This document shows positions 58,301 through 64,000 of a DNA stretch of 64,000 bases, in pieces. This stretch comes from the human T2T-CHM13v2.0 reference genome, Homo sapiens: NCBI RefSeq assembly GCF_009914755.1, contig NC_060926.1. One strand, written 5' to 3'. The notes under the pieces are model-generated. The model ran no database searches. It was not told the origin of the DNA and saw only the letters and a program-made list of their open reading frames with translations. Position 1 is the stretch's first letter. Every line of letters begins with the position of its first letter. The position numbers and the translations under genes are program-made.

Positions 58301-60444
58301 CACACAACAATTTTCTCTACTATCCTATTCTTTCTCTTTTTCGATGACAGACACCTCTGATTTTTCATTCACATGCAGAGACAATCACTGTATTCTGGAG
58401 GGAAAGAAATGTTTGTAAAGGCCAGCAGACGGCGCCTGACTGGGGCAGAAGCTTGCAGCGGAGAGGAAAAAGGAGTGCCCCACTCTGCGGCAGGGCCCCT
58501 TGGTCTTCTCCTCTCCCACGTCCCCAGCAGCCTTATCCCTCTGGAGAGAGGCCGAGACACAGAAAAGGAGAAGTTGCATATGAGATTATTAGCCAAGTGC
58601 TTCCCACTGGCACAATTAGGTGTTCCACCTGCTCCATACACCCATCTGCCTCACCACACCCACCTACCCACACTCTGCCCTTCCTGCACCCTGGCTTGCC
58701 TCCGTCCCTCAGGACTCACACAATTCTGCACAAAGGCAGGGCAGTGGTTGAGAACTGCACCCAGGTAAAGGGAACAACAAGCTCCTAGAATACTGTGGGC
58801 TTGTGGTGAGATCACCAGAAACTCCTTATTCTTTCAGAGAGATCTAATCTCTGTTACTTATAAAAATAATCCCTAGCTTGGGACATCACTCTCGTCTCCA
58901 TACTAGACACTCTTAACTGGAGAGAATTTCTGGGAGAGAACTAGGAGAAGGAGAAAGGAACAAATTCCTAGAACCCACAGGGATGTGTTTTTTCTAGTAT
59001 GCTCCCAAAGAGGGCTTGCTAGGGGACTTGGTCTCTCTTCAGTTAGATTATGCTATAGTTTTTCATATCTAACCAGAATTGTCCCCAGGTGGGAAGCCCC
59101 CACCCCACCCTGCATCCATGGAATAAAGGGCCATCCTGGTAGCACCAGCAGCTGCTCAGGGCAGAGCAAACTCATAAGGAGTGGGGCAAAGGATTCTGAG
59201 CTGAAACAAGTCTGAAAGGTGACGGGTCCTGCAAGAAAGAGGTGGAAAATGGATATAAAAAAAGTGCCCACAACTTTCACTCTGCTTTCTAAACAAGTGC
59301 ATTTTACACCGGGGTAGAATAAAAATTGGGAGTGGGGAACGACTCACAAAAACAGATTGATGTTTTAATTTTTGGCAATTCGGGGAATCTGGAATAGATA
59401 TTTATCTGAAAATTAGAGGAATCTGGCCTCACAGTGCTGGTCACTCTGGAGGAGAAAGCTGCCAACCAAGGCTTTTCTCTACACTCTGCTGTTTTCAAAG
59501 GGACAGGGCATTAGGAGAATAGTTTCCCTTAGCTCTAACTTCTTCTCCAGGCAGACCTCCGGGCTTAGCCCAGCCAGCATTGACTGACTTGCCCTTCCTG
59601 GAAAGCATTAATCACTGAAGGAGGAAGTAAGACCTCCCTGGTTCCAATAGCCTTCACACGTGATCCTCCGGGAGATGGGTATGTGTAGTCAAGCCTCTCT
59701 CTGTTCCATTTAGAAAAGAACTCAGCCTAATTACCAAGAAAAAGACATATATTTATGTGCAGAGTGGATGGAAGGGGAATGGTGTCCAGAGGTCCCCTCC
59801 ATGCCTGCGAAGGGCTGGCCCGCATTAAAGGGGATGACTCGGTTGCCCTCCTAGCTTTTCTAATTAAGGGAAGGCGTGGGGGCAAAAGTAATTGGCCTCC
59901 TGTTGAGTGAGTCCCAGGACTGCTTCGCTGTCACTGCAGTCTGGGCGCACTTTGGAGGAATGTGCGGGCTGGAATCTCTCCCTCCCCGCCCCCCGGGGCC
60001 AGGGAAGATGGGCAGGAGGTGGGGCAGCATATACAGCACAGACAAAAGGTTCTGCAGAGCCCTCTTCTCTCTGGTGCTCAGGTCCCTTAGCTGAGCGCGG
60101 CGCCCCATCCGGCCACTGAGTGACCTTCTGGCAACTGACGCCCCCTTCCCGCGGGGCCCAGCCGCGCGACCAGGGCTGGTCCTTTAGTAGGTGTCCACAT
60201 CTCTCTCCCAGTACCTCGACAAGGAACGCCCCTCCCACCCCTCACCACCAACACCCGCGACGCCTTCCCCCATCCCCTTTCTATTGTCTTCAAAGAGATA
60301 AGTGGCTCGCACCAAGCACACCCAAATGCACCTCCCTTTTGTCGAGCTCCCATTTCTCTGAGCCTTAGGAGCCCAGGAGCGAGTGCAGGGTAGAAAGAGG
60401 GGAGCGAGGGGATAACCCGCGAGAACTTGGCATCGCAGACCCAC

Positions 60445-60623
60445 CGTGTCCGCCTCGCAAGGATGCCGGTGACCTGTAGATTGCAATAGGCACTGAATGA
60501 TGCTTGCTGCTGCCATGGAAATGGTGGATGTGGTGCGCTCCCAAACTGGATGCCCCCCACGCCACTCCTAGGAGGCCGCTGAGGGTGAGCGGGACTATCC
60601 AAAGCAGGGCCAGGCGCCCCCCT

Positions 60624-60655
<32 letters not shown>

Positions 60656-60703
60656 CCCGGGCGAGCCCAGCTCGGCGCCGCACCGGAGCATCCTCTGGTA
60701 CAT
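60445..60703 (-). CDS. NRXN1: Neurexin-1-beta-specific first coding exon: atypical signal peptide with Gly11 tract plus His-rich beta-specific segment; continues in phase 1 into the shared LNS6 exon outside the window
   Basis: Translation [86 protein letters not shown] is recognised as the human NRXN1-beta N-terminus. Kozak context CCCGCCATG; 259 nt = 86 codons + 1 nt; donor CACG|GTGGGT. Confidence 0.97.
60626..60655 (-). repeat. NRXN1: Coding (GGC)10 trinucleotide repeat (poly-Gly)
   Basis: Ten uninterrupted GCC units on the + strand; with the adjacent GGG codon this gives Gly16-Gly26. Confidence 0.97.
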
Positions 60704-61510
60704 GGCGGGGCGCCCGCCGAGGGGCAGCCGCCGCGGGAGGCAAAGTTTGGGGCGCGGGGAGAGGAGAGGGCGCAGGGGAGCGGGCGGCGCGGAGTGGGCT
60801 GAGGGGCCGGCCGCCTCACCGCGCCAGGGCACCCATCCTCTCCCTCCTTCGGACAGTCTTCTCGGGGTCCTGGAGTCCGCCGTGCCTAGCACCCCAAACA
60901 ATCCGAAACATAGCCGAGGCGAATGCAGCTGGAGAGGGGCTTGTCCGGAAAGGCAGCCCCGGGAACAGCAAGCGCGGAGCGGGTGGCTGCTCCCAGATTT
61001 CCAGGGCTCCAGGTTCTCGAGAGATACTCCCAAAGAGTTTCGGGCGAGAGTGCGTGCCGGCGGGTGGGGGGCCGAGAAATTGTTTAAAGCTCCTCCTGGA
61101 GGGTCCTCACTTCTACATGACAGACATCCACCGCGAATCCACTAGGTAAATCCATTTAGCTTTGTGTGCGGGGACTAGGGAGGCCACTTCGCCGGCCCAA
61201 CCTCCTTTCAAGACAGAAGCAGACCCCATGGAATCCAGGCGCCCCTTCCCTCCATTCAGCCCCGGCCGGCTCGCCCGCTAGCGCCAGCCTCCCCCGGGCA
61301 GCGCGCGGAGCAGCGGCGCGCATCGCCTGCTCCCGAGGCAATCTCCGCGTCCGCCGCCTCCTGACACTTACGCCCGGCGAGGGGTTCAGAGGGAAGAGTG
61401 CGCCCTTCTGAAGGAAGTGGGAATCGAACGGCGGAAAGGCAGCTGAGAAGAAGATGCAGACGAAGGAGTAAGGGAGAGAAACAGAAAAAGAAAAAGAAAA
61501 AGAAAAAAAG
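60704..61510 (-). other. NRXN1: Long GC-rich 5' UTR of the NRXN1-beta first exon (upstream boundary/TSS approximate)
   Basis: Continuous CpG-rich sequence upstream of the ATG up to a pyrimidine tract (minus strand) at ~61445-61520; contains 8 upstream ATGs. The TSS position is inferred, not visible. Confidence 0.65.
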
Positions 61511-61870
61511 AAAAGAAAAACCACACACGCTGGTGAAGCAAGGGGCTCTATGCAAATCTGCAGTCTCCAAACAGCAAATCACTGAAGCTCGGATGCAATG
61601 CAGAGGACGAGCCTATGTAACGAGGGAGGCTGGTCTAGCTTCCCACGAAAATCGCCCTGCTTTGCCTCTCCCTTGCATTCTCCACGCATCAAAGGGACAC
61701 GTGTAAGGCGAAACGGGAACACCTAAAAAGCAACTCTCCCTCCACCAGGTGATCCCTCCATCTGAACTACAATGGCAAATGGCACCCTTCCCCTACCCAA
61801 TGGTTTAGATGTAACCAGTGTCTTTAGAGATCTTAAAAGGGAGAGAATTCGGGTCTTTTTATTGGACCAA
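61510..61870 (-). promoter_or_regulatory. Putative NRXN1-beta proximal promoter with octamer, E-box and CCAAT motifs
   Basis: ATGCAAAT at 61550-61557; palindromic ACACGTGT at 61697-61704; CCAAT at 61797-61801 (+) and 61861-61865 (-); no clear TATA box. Confidence 0.55.
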
Positions 61871-63269
61871 ACTTGTTCTACCAGGTGTTTAAACTCAATC
61901 TGCTAAATATGGCTCGATACCTTGTACTCAAGCATCAGTCGCGATGATCTGTTAATCACATATGTTACTCATAACAAGGATTCTTCTTCCCACTACCATA
62001 TTATATCTCATATAAGGCAGTGGAAGTTCAGGGGACCAAAACTCACAAGGAGGGAAAAGGATGCATTAATTTGGCAGCTGCAGAAGAGGCAGAAAGTGGA
62101 AGAATGGGAAGAGAGGAAGAGAAGGGTCAGGAGAGAAACAGGAAGAAAGCAGAAAAGAAAGAAATGGCATGAATAAAATTGCTTGTATTTCAGTCAATAT
62201 TTTAGGAATATTTAAGATCTTCCAAGATCTCTATAGAAGCCCCGCTGTGATGATCTTTGCTAACAGTGGAACTCCTCCTTTCTCTCATCCTGTCTTATAA
62301 AGAAAATAGCATCAGGAAATGAAAATTCCTAAATCTAGTGCCCCCAAGGGAAATAGGACATTTATATGCTTTTGATGAAATACAGCATCTTTAACTGAAA
62401 GCTGTGTGTCCTAGATCAAAGACCAGCAAAGCCAGCATAAATTTAAGAGTAGAAATCTAGCAATGCAAGTGAACTTGGCTAGGAGGACCACAGGCACTGG
62501 ATGCTGGTGATTAAGACTTGGGACTATGATTTAAACATTTCCCTGATTTCCAAAAGATGATAAAAAACTATGACATGTCCAGTGGCTGGACTTTTTTTTT
62601 TTTGTCTTTATTTCTATTTAAAGCCAAAAGAAAGCAACATTGAACAGGAATGATTTCTCACTAGCTTCTCACCATCTACATAATTGTTATCAACAAATAT
62701 AAAGTCCAGTATTTTTTAAAAAATGTAATTCTGGGAAGATTTGATTCAAATCAGCTACTAACCCAAGTGGCCATTTAGACTTGTATATTGCTTCCTAGTC
62801 CAAAGATTCAACCATGGGACTCTGATGCCCACTATATAAATAGTGTCCAGTGGCCCCCAAATCACACCTGTAGCAATCACACATGTCACATTCCTGTCAA
62901 AAGTTTATTTTATGATACTAAAAGATAATTCTTCAGTAGTATATTGATTGAAACAGTTCAGCCTTGCTAAACATGATGCTTTTATCTATTTAAATATGCC
63001 GTGTCTCCCAACCTTCCACAGCTGCTCGAAGGCCAGCAGACGCAAAATCTATCATTTTCCACTGTGAACTGTTTCTGCCCTTGCCCCCAGTCATTTCTTA
63101 CTCATTTTGTTATTTTGCAACATATGTATTTTAATTCACTAACAAGAGTCGTGATTATTCGTTTTAAAAATATCAAGTAGAGCTTCAAAAAGAAAAGGAA
63201 AATCATCCACACAGTATGTTTTCAGGACTGCAGGTCCATATTCTGAATTTGACATTTCATAGTGTTAGC

Positions 63270-63480
63270 ATGGAAAGAGCACTGGATTAGGAGTTAGGAA
63301 ATCCGTACTGCATTTTTGATGCCACCATTTACTGGTTACATCACATTAGTTACTGAGTCTTTCCCTGAGGCACTGTGGCTTCCTTTATAAAATACTCATG
63401 TTTCTATCTTTCCTAACAATCCCACAGGGTAGAAAGGATATCATGCAATATTTAATGTTGGTGTTCTTTAAAATATGTCA
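63270..63480 (+). mobile_element. MIR
   Basis: GGAAAGAGCACTGGATTAGGAGTTAGGAAA..TGCCACCATTTACTGG. Confidence 0.6.
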
Positions 63481-63751
63481 ACTGCTCCCTGACATGAAGG
63501 CGTTATGTCTCTTCTCTCATACAGGTCTAACATATTCAAGCTGATCACCATGCACAATACATTCAGTTGCCTTCCATCTAAAAGATACGTAGAACATTGC
63601 ATTGTTTTCCAATACCCTCATATATTGTGTTAATCTATCCTTTCCTCCCCAAATAAATGGTAGATGCCTGAAGGGGACAAGAGTCAAGTCTTCATTCCTA
63701 CTTCCTCTAGTGTCCAGCATATGTGAAACATATCTAGTCTCTTAGTACTTA

Positions 63752-64000
63752 CAGTCAGTTCTCATTATTCACAGTAGCTGTGGCAAATAAAGTCCCTGTG
63801 AACACTGAATTAGCAAATACTGAACCATTGCTCCCATGGGGAAATACAGGGCTATGTTCCTGCAAACCTCTGATCACATTTTCATCACTGAATCAATCCA
63901 TTGCCTTGTTTTATGTGTTTCTGAATGATAATGACACCTTCCTTAATACATAATGTTGATTCATCAACATTGAACTCATGACCAGCAGCACTCTAACTCA
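63752..64000 (+). mobile_element. MER82 (TcMar-Tigger), truncated by the window end
   Basis: TA followed by CAGTCAGTTCTCATTATTCACAGTAG..GAACACTGAATTAGCAAATACTGAACCATTGCTCC..GGGGAAATACAGGG. Confidence 0.85.

Larger units (their letters stand above)
60090..61440. promoter_or_regulatory. CpG island of the internal NRXN1-beta promoter/first exon
   Basis: Abrupt switch to high GC and dense CpG relative to the AT-rich, CpG-depleted remainder of the window. Confidence 0.9.

Noticed and set aside
58373-58788. 131-aa and 111-aa plus-strand ORFs in the CpG-island shore
   Set aside because: No recognisable domain or supporting gene structure; expected by chance in moderately GC-rich DNA.
60504-61145. 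213-aa plus-strand ORF with poly-Pro, and overlapping 218-aa and 74-aa minus-strand ORFs
   Set aside because: Shadow frames of the GC-rich exon and GGC repeat; non-ATG starts and low-complexity R/G/P/A composition; no recognisable protein.

Overview
Human (primate-type) genomic DNA from inside the neurexin-1 gene (NRXN1), transcribed on the minus strand. The only protein-coding sequence I can support is the beta-neurexin-1-specific first exon: ATG at 60703, 86 codons plus 1 nt, [16 protein letters not shown]11[43 protein letters not shown]...RGGH, donor CACG|GTGGGT at 60445/60444. It lies in a CpG island with a long, uAUG-rich 5' leader and promoter. The other ~60 kb is AT-rich intron with 11 Alus, MIR, L1 and L2 fragments, MaLR LTRs, MER DNA-transposon fossils and microsatellites; repeat subfamily names are from recalled consensus sequences, not a search. 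No prokaryote-type system or CRISPR array is present. The best unexplained signals are: (i) two candidate neural cassette exons (31 nt and 71 nt) around the beta promoter that keep frame only if both are included; (ii) a candidate stop-containing or terminal exon at 26554; (iii) a ~45-bp hairpin at 7217-7353 that I cannot assign to a known repeat; (iv) a uORF array in the beta leader; (v) the coding (GGC)10 poly-Gly repeat. All of these are sequence-level hypotheses that need RNA or conservation data.
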